The notes under the pieces: model-generated | Databases searched by the model: none | What the model saw: the letters and a program-made list of their open reading frames with translations, nothing else | Told to the model about the DNA's origin: nothing | From: Methylococcaceae bacterium | GTDB taxonomy: Bacteria > Pseudomonadota > Gammaproteobacteria > Methylococcales > Methylomonadaceae | DNA length: 64,000 nt | NCBI GenBank assembly: GCA_947454605.1 | Contig: CANGLL010000001.1 | Coordinates: 31,523-95,522, forward strand | Direction: 5' to 3' | Shown: positions 1 to 9,292 of the stretch, in pieces | Layout of the letters: every line of letters begins with the position of its first letter | Numbering within the stretch: the stretch's first letter is position 1 | Translations under genes and position numbers: made by a program

Positions 1-115
1 CTCCTCTAGCATGGTTGATAACGGTTGCGCCTTTTGCGCCACTTTCTCGCGCCGCATCTAATACGGTATCGGTTTTATCATCCTCAACGAAGGCAATAAT
101 TAATTTAAAATGCAT
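1..115 (-). CDS. P-II family regulator (5' part; runs off the window edge), DUF1538-associated type
   Basis: Not in the ORF track. Manual translation from ATG at 115 gives MHFKLIIAFVEDDKTDTVLDAARESGAKGATVINHARG, a P-II-like N-terminus. GGA upstream; 8 nt downstream of the DUF1538 stop. Confidence 0.85.
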   Translation of the reverse strand, partial: MHFKLIIAFVEDDKTDTVLDAARESGAKGATVINHARG

Positions 116-123
116 GGTTGTCC

Positions 124-903
124 TCAGGGTTTTGATGAGAGAGAGCGCTTGTTAAGCCACTGTGCAATTTGTGCGTAACTTAAAACAGCAATAATAGGGT
201 ATAAACTGGCAAAGGCAAGAAGTCCAAAGCCGTCTAATACTGGATTTCGTCCTGGAATAGCTTGGGCTAAACCGGCACCTAAAGCAGTGACTAAAGGTAC
301 CGTAATCATGGTGGTGGTTACGGTACCTGAATCAAAAGCAATGCCTATGATGAATTTAGGTGTAAATAGGCTTTGTAGTGTGGCAATTGCAAAGCCAGAA
401 ATGATATAAAAATAAAGCTCAGTGCCTGTGATAATGCGAAATGCTCCTAAGGCCAATCCGACACCGAGCCCAACACCTACGGCAATTCTTAAGCCCAGCG
501 CTCGAATGGTCCCCCCAGATATTTGCTCTGCTTTAGCGGCAATTGCCAGTAAAGAAGGTTCGGCTAAAGCCACTGCAAAACCTAAGCTGGCAGCAAAAAC
601 ATAAACCCATCCGTAACTTTGCCAGCGTATGGTTTTCTGTAAGGTACTAATGCCTAAAAATTCTATAGTGGTGAGTTGGGCAGCCATCAGTTTCCCAATG
701 GGAAATAAGGCTATCTCTAAGCCTTTAATAAAGATAGCAATGCCTAATAAAACAAATATAAAGCCAGTAAATATTTTTTTAGGATTGTTAATTGCTTTAC
801 GAATTATGAACAAATGAAAACCGATAAGCACCATAAAAATGGGGATAAAGTCTCTTGCTGTGCCTAAAAGGAGTAGAAAGAATTCGACTAATTGTTCTGT
901 CAT
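124..903 (-). CDS. DUF1538 family membrane protein
   Basis: Hydrophobic 259 aa with GLEIALFPIG, AEPSLLA, AFDSGTVTT, GRNPVLDGFGL motifs; paralog of the next gene. Confidence 0.85.
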   Translation of the reverse strand: MTEQLVEFFLLLLGTARDFIPIFMVLIGFHLFIIRKAINNPKKIFTGFIFVLLGIAIFIKGLEIALFPIGKLMAAQLTTIEFLGISTLQKTIRWQSYGWVYVFAASLGFAVALAEPSLLAIAAKAEQISGGTIRALGLRIAVGVGLGVGLALGAFRIITGTELYFYIISGFAIATLQSLFTPKFIIGIAFDSGTVTTTMITVPLVTALGAGLAQAIPGRNPVLDGFGLLAFASLYPIIAVLSYAQIAQWLNKRSLSSKP

Positions 904-1628
904 ACGATGATACCGTAGAGCATGACAGAGATAATGGGTGTCAGCGAGGCAAAAACCAGCAGCCCAAAACCATCGGTCATAGGGTTTCGGCCTTTAATGG
1001 CAGTGGCTAGCCCTACCCCCAATGCAGTCACTAAAGGAACTGTAATCGTGGATGTAGCAATACAGCCTGAATCATAGGCAATGCCCAGTATATCTTTGGG
1101 TGCGAAAGGCGTGATCATTGCTATCAATGCATAGGCATAAAATACCGGATAATGAGCGGGCCAGCCCTTAATAATTCTTAGTACACCCACTAGAATTGCT
1201 AGTCCAATAGAAACGGCAACAATCATTCTAAATCCTAGCGCATAGCTGTTTTTAGTATCAAGCGATGGGGAAATTAAGGATTTTTTAGCAGCGAGTTCTG
1301 CTGCTTGTTGAGCAATATGGATTAATGCAGGTTCTGCAATGGCTGCACCAAAGCCCAAACAAAACGCAAAAGTGAGTAACCAGAATAAACTCCCTTTTCT
1401 TGCAAAGGCGTAGGCCATGGATTCGCCGAGTGGAAACAGGCTGAGTTCCAGTCCTTGAATAAATAAAGTTAAACCTACTAATACGAATAAGATACCTATC
1501 ACAAAGTGGCTTACGTCAGGTATTGATTGTCTAATGATCAATACTTGAAAACTGATCACTACCGCGAGTATGGGTGATAAATCAAAAAAACTTTTTATTA
1601 ATTGATTGATAAAGCGCTTTTTAAACAT
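900..1628 (-). CDS. DUF1538 family membrane protein
   Basis: GLELSLFPLGE, AEPAL, AYDSG, GRNPMTDGFGL motifs; 4-nt overlap with the downstream paralog. ATG at 1628 preferred over the track start at 1652. Confidence 0.85.
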   Translation of the reverse strand: MFKKRFINQLIKSFFDLSPILAVVISFQVLIIRQSIPDVSHFVIGILFVLVGLTLFIQGLELSLFPLGESMAYAFARKGSLFWLLTFAFCLGFGAAIAEPALIHIAQQAAELAAKKSLISPSLDTKNSYALGFRMIVAVSIGLAILVGVLRIIKGWPAHYPVFYAYALIAMITPFAPKDILGIAYDSGCIATSTITVPLVTALGVGLATAIKGRNPMTDGFGLLVFASLTPIISVMLYGIIV

Positions 1629-1826
1629 TAATTTCCCAATCTCAAAGTGCACACAGATTGTATATTAAACCTAGGTTATTGTGTTACTGAGTTACTGTTC
1701 GATAGAAATTGGCTGAGATAATATAAGCAGAAAGATTAAGGCTTAAAGTGCTATTTTAAATGTTACTGTTATGATGCACAGTAGCTAATCATTATTGATT
1801 ACTTTCGCCAATATAGGAGATAACTT

Positions 1827-2936
1827 ATGCGCATTGGATTACCTAAAGAAATTAAAGATAATGAGTACCGTGTGGGATTAACACCCGGTGCGGTAAAAGC
1901 ATTAACGCGGAGTGGTCATTACGTTTTAGTTCAGCAGGGCGCGGGTTTGGGCAGTGCCATTTCTGATGAAGAATATGTCGCTGCGGGTGCTGAAATTGTA
2001 TTTAGTGCTGATGCTGTTTGGGCTGCGCAGATGGTGGTTAAAGTAAAAGAGCCTGTGGCTGCAGAATATCATTATTTACGTACAGATCTATTATTGTTTA
2101 CTTATTTGCATTTAGCCTCTGATAAGCCCTTAACAGAGGCTTTATTAGCCAGAGGAACAACTGCGATAGCTTATGAAACGGTTCAAACTGAATCGGGTCA
2201 ATTACCGTTATTAACACCGATGAGTGAAGTGGCGGGTCGCATGGCTACCCAAGTTGGAGCGACCTATTTGCAAAAGTCTCATGGTGGTAGGGGTGTTTTA
2301 ATGGGAGGAGTGCCAGGAGTTGCACCTGCTAATGTGGTTGTTTTAGGTGCTGGAATTGTGGGTACTAACGCAGCTAGAGTGGCTGTGGGTATGGGTGCGC
2401 AAGTGACTGTGTTAGATATTAGTCATGAGCGTCTAAAGTATTTAGATGATATTTATCGTGGTCAGTTACAAACCCGTATCAGTGATCAGCATACGATAGA
2501 AGAGTGTGTTTATCAGGCAGACTTGGTGGTCGGCGCCGTATTGATTCCAGGAGCGCGAGCGCCTTGGTTGGTCACGCGTGACATGCTACCCAATATGCGA
2601 AAGGGGGCGGTTATTGTCGATGTGGCGGTTGATCAAGGTGGATGTATAGAAACGACGCGAGCTACTACGCACAGTCAGCCTACTTTTGAAATAGATGGAG
2701 TTGTGCATTATTGTGTAGCCAATATGCCCGGCGCTGTTCCCAGAACGAGTACCTTTGCTTTAAATAACCAGACCTTAGTTTATGTCTTGCAGTTGGCAAA
2801 TGAGGGCTTAGATGCAGTGCGTAAGAGTAAATCCTTACAATATGGACTTAATACTTACAAAGGTTTGTTGACTTATCCTGCCGTGGCAGAAGCGTTTGAT
2901 TTAAGTTATACCCCTGTACTAAATGCCTTGGATTAG
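1827..2936 (+). CDS. ald: Alanine dehydrogenase
   Basis: [63 protein letters not shown]; AGGAG RBS. Confidence 0.96.
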   Translation: MRIGLPKEIKDNEYRVGLTPGAVKALTRSGHYVLVQQGAGLGSAISDEEYVAAGAEIVFSADAVWAAQMVVKVKEPVAAEYHYLRTDLLLFTYLHLASDKPLTEALLARGTTAIAYETVQTESGQLPLLTPMSEVAGRMATQVGATYLQKSHGGRGVLMGGVPGVAPANVVVLGAGIVGTNAARVAVGMGAQVTVLDISHERLKYLDDIYRGQLQTRISDQHTIEECVYQADLVVGAVLIPGARAPWLVTRDMLPNMRKGAVIVDVAVDQGGCIETTRATTHSQPTFEIDGVVHYCVANMPGAVPRTSTFALNNQTLVYVLQLANEGLDAVRKSKSLQYGLNTYKGLLTYPAVAEAFDLSYTPVLNALD

Positions 2937-2951
2937 TCGTTAGTGTTATTT

Positions 2952-3278
2952 TTAGCCTAGGTCGGTATGTCTTTCGCCTGTACTGACTCGACCGCCCTCT
3001 ATCATATCGATAATGTAGACTTTACCATCACCGTGTTTGCTACTGAAGGCAGATTGCATGATTGTTTGAAAAATGCTCTCAACTAAATGGTCGGGAGCAA
3101 AAATTTCGATCCTTTTTTTAGGCAGAAAAGGTTTGTAATCCTGAATATGTTGGGTACGTTCTCGCCCAAAACCCTGACAGTCTATGACTGACATGCCTGG
3201 AAAATTTTGAATTTCTAATAATGCCATAGTGACATGATTTAGTTTATGGGGCTGAATAAATGCGCGTATTTCTTTCAT
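2952..3278 (-). CDS. P-II family protein (RND-pump-associated)
   Basis: MKEIRAFI, QGFGRE, FLPKKRIEI, GDGKVYI, RVSTGE P-II motifs; 3 nt after the RND gene. Confidence 0.88.
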   Translation of the reverse strand: MKEIRAFIQPHKLNHVTMALLEIQNFPGMSVIDCQGFGRERTQHIQDYKPFLPKKRIEIFAPDHLVESIFQTIMQSAFSSKHGDGKVYIIDMIEGGRVSTGERHTDLG

Positions 3279-3281
3279 AAT

Positions 3282-6200
3282 TTATAGTTCATCGGGTTCA
3301 GCAAAATAGCGATAGAGTGCGGGTAACAATGTTAAAGTTAACAGAGTAGCCGTTAATAATCCACCAATGATTACTACAGCAAAAGGTTTGGCTGTTTCCG
3401 ATCCGACACTGGTGGATAAGGCGGCTGGAAAAAGGCCTAGCATTGCCATCATGGCCGTCATGACTACTGGCCTTAATCTGCTTACAGAGCCATTGACGAT
3501 TGCATCATGTAAAGAGTGACCCTCTCGACGTAACTTATTCAATTGGGATACTAAAATGACACCATTTTGTACAGCTATGCCAAATAAAGCAATAAAGCCT
3601 ACAGCGGCAGATACACTTAGATTAATACCCGTTGCTAATAAAATTAGAATACCTCCAATCATGGCGAAGGGTACATTCATTAAAATGAGTAAGGCATTTT
3701 TAATAGACATGAATGCCCAGAACAGTAAAATAAAAATTAAACCTAAACTAATGGGGACGATAACAGCTAAGCGTTTCATAGCTCTTTGTTGATTTTCGAA
3801 TTGTCCACTCCAGACCACTCGATAACCTGGGGGTAAATCAACCTGGGCGGAGACTTTTTCTTGAGCTTCTGCCACAAAACTGCCTTGATCTCGATTAATC
3901 AGATTACATTTGATGGCAATTCTGCGCATATTATCTTCTCTACTGATACGAGACGCGCCTTGATTGATCTTAATAGAGGCTAATTCTGAAAGAGGAATGC
4001 GCGCTCCATTAGGTGTCTGTACGGTTAGATTTTCTAAGCCAGCAACTGAGTTACGAGCATTTTCTTCGTAGCGCAAGGTAATATCAAAGCGTCGTTCACC
4101 CTCTAAAAACTGTGACGCTGACTTGCCTCCCATACCCATTTCTATAACATCTTCTACATCAGAAATATTGATGCCATAACGTGAGACCTTTGCTCGGTCA
4201 ATATCAATCATCACTTGTGCGAGTCCGGCCTGCTGTTCTGCAGCAACGTCAGTTGCGCCTTGAATAGACGCTAAAATATGTGTGATTTGATCAGCTCTGT
4301 CTTGTAAAGTTTTAAGATCACTGCCGAAGATTTTTATGGCTATTTCGCCTTTTACGCCTGATATAGCTTCTTCAACGTTATCTTGAATAACTTGAGAGAA
4401 GTTTGTCAGTATGCCAGGAAAAATAGAGAGTTCCTTGTCCATCGCTTGGATAAGTAAGTCTTTTTTCTTATAACGCCATGTGTCTTTAGGGTTTAAATCA
4501 ATTAATACTTCAAGGTTATTGAAGCCTTTAGGGTCTGTTCCGTCTTCGGGTCGACCGAGCTGAGTTAAGACCATTTTGGCTTCAGTAAATGTTTCTAGTT
4601 TTTCTCTAACTTCTTGTTCGACTTTTTTAGCGGTGTCTAATGAAACAGGAGTGGGTAAAGTGATAGTCAACCAAATATTACCCTCATCCAGTTTCGGCAT
4701 AAATTCAGTACCGATAAATTTAACAGACATAAAGCTGAGTATTAGTGTGGCTACTGCGGTAATAAATACGGAGCGTGCATGTTTTAGAACCCATTCGATG
4801 ATTCGTCGATAGTGCTTCTCCATCGATTCTACTAAAGGATTATGTGTTTCGGATATATTTGGGCCCAATAAATAGGTGAGCATTGCGGGCACAAAAGTGA
4901 GACTAAAGAGCATCGAAGCGACAAGTGCAAAACTTAATGTATAAGCCATCGGGGAGAAGATTTTTGCTTCTACTCGTTGGAAAGTAAAGATAGGTAGAAA
5001 AGCGATAATAATAATGGCCTTGGAAAATAATATAGGCCGTCCCATTTCTGTTGCAGTGACTAATAGAGTTTGGCGTAAATGCCGTAAATCAACATTTTTA
5101 TGTAAATCGAGCGTGACCTGTACCATGACGGCTTCAACTAACACTACCGCACTATCAACAATGATACCGAAGTCAATAGCTCCCAAAGAAATGAGATTGG
5201 CTGAGATACCACCCAGATCAACCAGAATAAAGGCGAATAATAATGACAGCGGAATGATTAATGTGACTAAAAACGCTGCCATAAAACGGCGCAGGAAAAC
5301 CAGCAGAATAATCATGATTAACGCAGCACCTTCAAGCATATTATGCTCAACAGTATGCACAGTATGACCGACTAACTCAGTTCTATCGTAGATGGGAGTC
5401 ACTTTTACGCCTGGCGGTAATCCGAACTCATTAAGCTCTTTGATTTTTTCTTTAACCCCACCTAATACATTGACCGCATCTCGACCTTTAATCAGTAACA
5501 CAATGCCTTCAACGATATCATTTTGCTGGTCTTTAGCGACTACGCCTGTGCGGGGTTGAGGGCCAACAGAAATATCAGCGACATCTTTGATGCGAACAGG
5601 TACGCCATCATGGGTATCAACCACTATTTCTCCGATTTCATCAGCCGACTTTAATAAGCCAATGCCACGCACAACGAGTGCTTCATCACCATACGCAATA
5701 TAGCCCCCCCCCGTATTACTATTGTTGGCTGAGATAGCATCAAATACTTGTTGAAGATCAATATTGTAGTTTTTTAGTTGATCGGGTTTGGCGGCTACTT
5801 TATATTCTTTAACTCCTCCGCCATAAGAGACTACGTCAGCAACGCCTTGCACGGCTCTGATTTTAGGTTCAATGACCCAATCTTGTAAGGCCCGTTGTTC
5901 AACTAGGGGTAAGTTTTTTGCATCGACAACATAGCGTAAAATTTCTCCTACACCCGTTGATAGTGGGCCCAATTGGGGCTTGGCGTTATCAGGAATATCT
6001 GCATTTTGGATGCGTTCTAAAACTTGTTGCCTTGAAAAATAGTCTTCGGCATCGTCGTCAAAAGTGAGCGTTACCACCGAAAGGCCAAAGATAGAAACAG
6101 AACGCATGTTCATCAGGTGTGGCAAACCATTCATGACGCGTTCAATAGGTAATGAAATTAGCTTCTCAACCTCTTCAGGAGCTTGGCCCGGGTATTGGGT

Positions 6201-6350
6201 AACTACCTGTACAAATACATTCTGTACGTCTGGAAAAGCTTGGACGGGTAGTTTCTCAAAAGCGATAATTCCAGAGATTGCAATAGCAAAAGTGGCGCCG
6301 ATCACCATCAGGCGTTGTTGTAGACAAAAAGCAATTAGATTTTCAATCAT
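3282..6350 (-). CDS. CusA/CzcA family heavy-metal efflux RND transporter
   Basis: 1022 aa; AFPDV, LGAIDFGIIVDSAVV (CzcA-like TM4), GQFENQQRA, SRLRPVVMTA. Confidence 0.93.
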   Translation of the reverse strand: MIENLIAFCLQQRLMVIGATFAIAISGIIAFEKLPVQAFPDVQNVFVQVVTQYPGQAPEEVEKLISLPIERVMNGLPHLMNMRSVSIFGLSVVTLTFDDDAEDYFSRQQVLERIQNADIPDNAKPQLGPLSTGVGEILRYVVDAKNLPLVEQRALQDWVIEPKIRAVQGVADVVSYGGGVKEYKVAAKPDQLKNYNIDLQQVFDAISANNSNTGGGYIAYGDEALVVRGIGLLKSADEIGEIVVDTHDGVPVRIKDVADISVGPQPRTGVVAKDQQNDIVEGIVLLIKGRDAVNVLGGVKEKIKELNEFGLPPGVKVTPIYDRTELVGHTVHTVEHNMLEGAALIMIILLVFLRRFMAAFLVTLIIPLSLLFAFILVDLGGISANLISLGAIDFGIIVDSAVVLVEAVMVQVTLDLHKNVDLRHLRQTLLVTATEMGRPILFSKAIIIIAFLPIFTFQRVEAKIFSPMAYTLSFALVASMLFSLTFVPAMLTYLLGPNISETHNPLVESMEKHYRRIIEWVLKHARSVFITAVATLILSFMSVKFIGTEFMPKLDEGNIWLTITLPTPVSLDTAKKVEQEVREKLETFTEAKMVLTQLGRPEDGTDPKGFNNLEVLIDLNPKDTWRYKKKDLLIQAMDKELSIFPGILTNFSQVIQDNVEEAISGVKGEIAIKIFGSDLKTLQDRADQITHILASIQGATDVAAEQQAGLAQVMIDIDRAKVSRYGINISDVEDVIEMGMGGKSASQFLEGERRFDITLRYEENARNSVAGLENLTVQTPNGARIPLSELASIKINQGASRISREDNMRRIAIKCNLINRDQGSFVAEAQEKVSAQVDLPPGYRVVWSGQFENQQRAMKRLAVIVPISLGLIFILLFWAFMSIKNALLILMNVPFAMIGGILILLATGINLSVSAAVGFIALFGIAVQNGVILVSQLNKLRREGHSLHDAIVNGSVSRLRPVVMTAMMAMLGLFPAALSTSVGSETAKPFAVVIIGGLLTATLLTLTLLPALYRYFAEPDEL

Positions 6351-6371
6351 GTTTAAATTCTCTATGAAGCA

Positions 6372-7538
6372 CTATTGTTTTTCGTTACTGGGTTCGGTTT
6401 CTTCTTCAGATCTTAGAGTTAAAGCGCCTTCTGAAACTAAAAGCTCATTTTCCTGTAGACCTTGACTAACGATAGCTTTATCTTTTAAACGTAAGCTGAT
6501 GTCAACTTCACGTTGTTGGTAATTGTTATCATCCAAAGCAATAAAGACGTAATCGGAGTCTCCTTCGGTAAATACAGCGGTTAGAGGAATTACGATGGCT
6601 TTGTCGTTAGGATCACTATTTACATTAATCGTGGCATACATGCCCGGTAATAATAAGCCTTCTGAATTAGGTAAATCACAGCGCACCTGAATTGATCGGG
6701 TTTTTTCATCCAATACTTGGCCGATATATTGGACAGTAGCGGGGAAAGATTTGTTTGGATAAGCGGGAACAGTGATTGATAGCGTTTGCCCCAGTTTAAT
6801 TTTGCTCAGGTTGACTTCAAAAATAGCCATTACAAGGGTCAATTTTTTAGTATCTGAAACGACAAATAATGGTATTTCTCTGTCTGGGCGAACCTCAAAT
6901 CCTGGGGTTACCTCTTTTTCAACAATAATCCCTGAAATAGGTGACCTTAATTTAAAACGACCATCGTTTTGATTGGCATCTATGTGTAAGTTTTTTAAGC
7001 GATCTTTAGCGCGTTCTAGTTCACTGTTCGCCGCATTAAAGTCGTCTTGAGAGCGTTCTAATTCTTTTTGAGATGTAGCTTTGCCAGCAAAAAGCTCTTG
7101 TTGGCGAGTATAATTTTTCTTCGCTAAGATTAAATCGGCTTGCGCTTTTGCAAAATCGGACTCAGCATTGGCGACGTCAGGGCTGTCGAGTTCGAGTAAG
7201 TTTGAGCCTGTTTCAATTACAGAGCCTAATGGAAGAGGAGCAGAAACAACACGCCCTGCAACAGGTGAACTTATTCTAGAGGTGACATTTTCATTATAGG
7301 TAATTTTGCCGGTGAGTGGTTCCATTAAAGGGTGTTGTGTTAAGCTCAGTTTAGTCGTTTTAATATAAGCTTTTTTGGGCGAGTTTGGAGCTAATTGCAC
7401 CATACCCGATATTCTTTGTGTGGTGACTACCGTTGGTTTTTTATCAGTGGATTCTGAACATGCACTTAATAAGGCTATCGATAAGAGCAGGCAATAGTTA
7501 AGTTTTTTTCTAATATCGGAATGCATCATTTTATCCAT
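6372..7538 (-). CDS. RND efflux periplasmic adaptor (CzcB-like MFP), lipoprotein
   Basis: Lipobox LLSAC, lipoyl/hairpin motifs, LRSPISG, LLPGMYA. Confidence 0.9.
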   Translation of the reverse strand: MDKMMHSDIRKKLNYCLLLSIALLSACSESTDKKPTVVTTQRISGMVQLAPNSPKKAYIKTTKLSLTQHPLMEPLTGKITYNENVTSRISSPVAGRVVSAPLPLGSVIETGSNLLELDSPDVANAESDFAKAQADLILAKKNYTRQQELFAGKATSQKELERSQDDFNAANSELERAKDRLKNLHIDANQNDGRFKLRSPISGIIVEKEVTPGFEVRPDREIPLFVVSDTKKLTLVMAIFEVNLSKIKLGQTLSITVPAYPNKSFPATVQYIGQVLDEKTRSIQVRCDLPNSEGLLLPGMYATINVNSDPNDKAIVIPLTAVFTEGDSDYVFIALDDNNYQQREVDISLRLKDKAIVSQGLQENELLVSEGALTLRSEEETEPSNEKQ

Positions 7539-7579
7539 TTATATAATCTGTTTGCGTTTGGCTTTTGAGCTGGCCAGCA

Positions 7580-8911
7580 TTAATGAGGGGTGCTGTTTGA
7601 GGATGCCTCGGGCATGTTTTCAGTGCCTAAAGATTTTTTTAAATCATAATAAGCAGTGGCCCTGTTAATTTCTGCAGCATAATAGTCATGCATAATATTT
7701 TTGTAGCTACGTTGGGCTTCTATAAAATCTAATACGCTATTAGCGCCTTTATTGTAGGCAAGCTCTGAACTATTTCTAACTGAGAGGGCGTCGGTTAATA
7801 ACTCTTTTTTAAAACGCTGTACAATTTTGTCGGTACTGTTCCATGTGGCTAAAGCGCTAACCACATCGTTTCGAATACTGAGTTCTGTTTGTTCGGCTTT
7901 TAGTTTATTTTGATTAAGATTAACTTGGGCTTTATCGGCCTCACCCTTGTATTGATAAAATACCGGTAAAGGCACGCTTAAACCAACAAAGCCAGAGTCG
8001 AGTGCATTATTACTGGGGTCTCTAGCATAGCCCCCTGTGACAGTTACATCAGGGTATGTAAGGCGTTGAGCTAGATCTAATAGTTTATCCGCTTGATCAG
8101 CACGCAATTTATCAGCTTGTAAGTCGGGTCTTTGTTGCAGGGCCTTGTTGGTTAAGGCCTCTTTGTTTAGATCTAACGTGAGGTCTTTAGCATCGGGCCA
8201 TTGTTCTTGCGCTTCAAACTGAAGACTTTTTTCTGGCCAACGAAGTACGACAGCTAAATCTGCTTGTGCATTTGTTACTGCGGATTGAGCATTATCCAAA
8301 TCTGATTCGGCACGAATGCTTTCCATCTTGACTCGAAGAAAGTCTGATTCTGATATATCACCACTGTTTAAACGCAGTTTGTTTGCAGCGGTTATCGTTT
8401 GATAATGATCAACAATTTCTTGAGTAAGGTCTCGATATTTTTGCGCTTGCAGTAATTGATAATAACTGTTTCTGACTATATTAGTGAAGATGCGTACAGC
8501 ATCACGAAAATCATTTTCTGCTGCTTGGGTAGCAAAGTTACTGCTTTCCATACGAAGCCCTCGCTTTCCAGCGACTTCAATTAATTGACTGAAAGTATAG
8601 TATTCTGCTGGACCACAAGATACCATAGCACTATGGTTACAACCCGTTGCACTAGCCCCTTTGTTTAGGTTCGATCCACTAAGTTCACCTAATTGAAAAC
8701 TGACTGTCGGATTGGGTATGGCTGAAGCGACGATGGCATCTGCAAACGATTGGTCTATGTTGTATCGTGCAGCAATAAGGTCTAGGTTTCGTTGGTAGAA
8801 AATTGATATGACTTCATCAAGCGAAACTGATTGGGCTTGGACTTGAGGGCTTAATAAAAGAAAACCTAACAGTAATTTTGTGACTTTTGTTCTGATTGTT
8901 GTATGTCGCAT
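7580..8911 (-). CDS. TolC family outer-membrane efflux protein (CzcC-like)
   Basis: Signal peptide, IEVAGKRGLR, QRPDL, YNKGANSVLDFIEAQR. Confidence 0.9.
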   Translation of the reverse strand: MRHTTIRTKVTKLLLGFLLLSPQVQAQSVSLDEVISIFYQRNLDLIAARYNIDQSFADAIVASAIPNPTVSFQLGELSGSNLNKGASATGCNHSAMVSCGPAEYYTFSQLIEVAGKRGLRMESSNFATQAAENDFRDAVRIFTNIVRNSYYQLLQAQKYRDLTQEIVDHYQTITAANKLRLNSGDISESDFLRVKMESIRAESDLDNAQSAVTNAQADLAVVLRWPEKSLQFEAQEQWPDAKDLTLDLNKEALTNKALQQRPDLQADKLRADQADKLLDLAQRLTYPDVTVTGGYARDPSNNALDSGFVGLSVPLPVFYQYKGEADKAQVNLNQNKLKAEQTELSIRNDVVSALATWNSTDKIVQRFKKELLTDALSVRNSSELAYNKGANSVLDFIEAQRSYKNIMHDYYAAEINRATAYYDLKKSLGTENMPEASSNSTPH

Positions 8912-9016
8912 GATTGTAAACGATAGGCAAAAAATAAAGTCGGTTAGGGTGATAAGTTGAATTGATAGTGATATTTTGCTTGGGGTAATACTAGAAATTT
9001 GTTACATAAAGCTTTA

Positions 9017-9032
9017 AGCTAGTTTCATGCCA
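9017..9032 (-). promoter_or_regulatory. Putative sigma54 (-24/-12) promoter of the left RND operon
   Basis: Minus strand reads TGGCATGAAACTAGCT: GG-N10-GC spacing as in TGGCAC-N5-TTGC, about 105 nt upstream of the TolC start at 8911. Confidence 0.55.
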
Positions 9033-9292
9033 GTATTTAAATTGACTGGTTATTCATGACATTAGCTTTATGATGTTTTATTGTTAATCTTTTATTGGTT
9101 AATAAATGGTTTAAATAAACCTGTTTTAGGTTTTTTATAACCATTACCTTTTGATAATTAATTAAAAAACCTATTTTCGGCGAAATTATAATGTCGTTTC
9201 AAAATTTGATGTTGTCATTTATTCGATAACTAATTGCAATTTCTTGATATATTCATCATAACCATGGGTTCAACCAAAGAAGTCTATTCCTA

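Noticed and set aside
1683-1768. Three GTTACTG copies upstream of ald (GTTACTGAGTT also seen upstream of minC)
   Set aside because: Short, irregularly spaced and in AT-rich DNA; cannot be separated from chance without comparative data.
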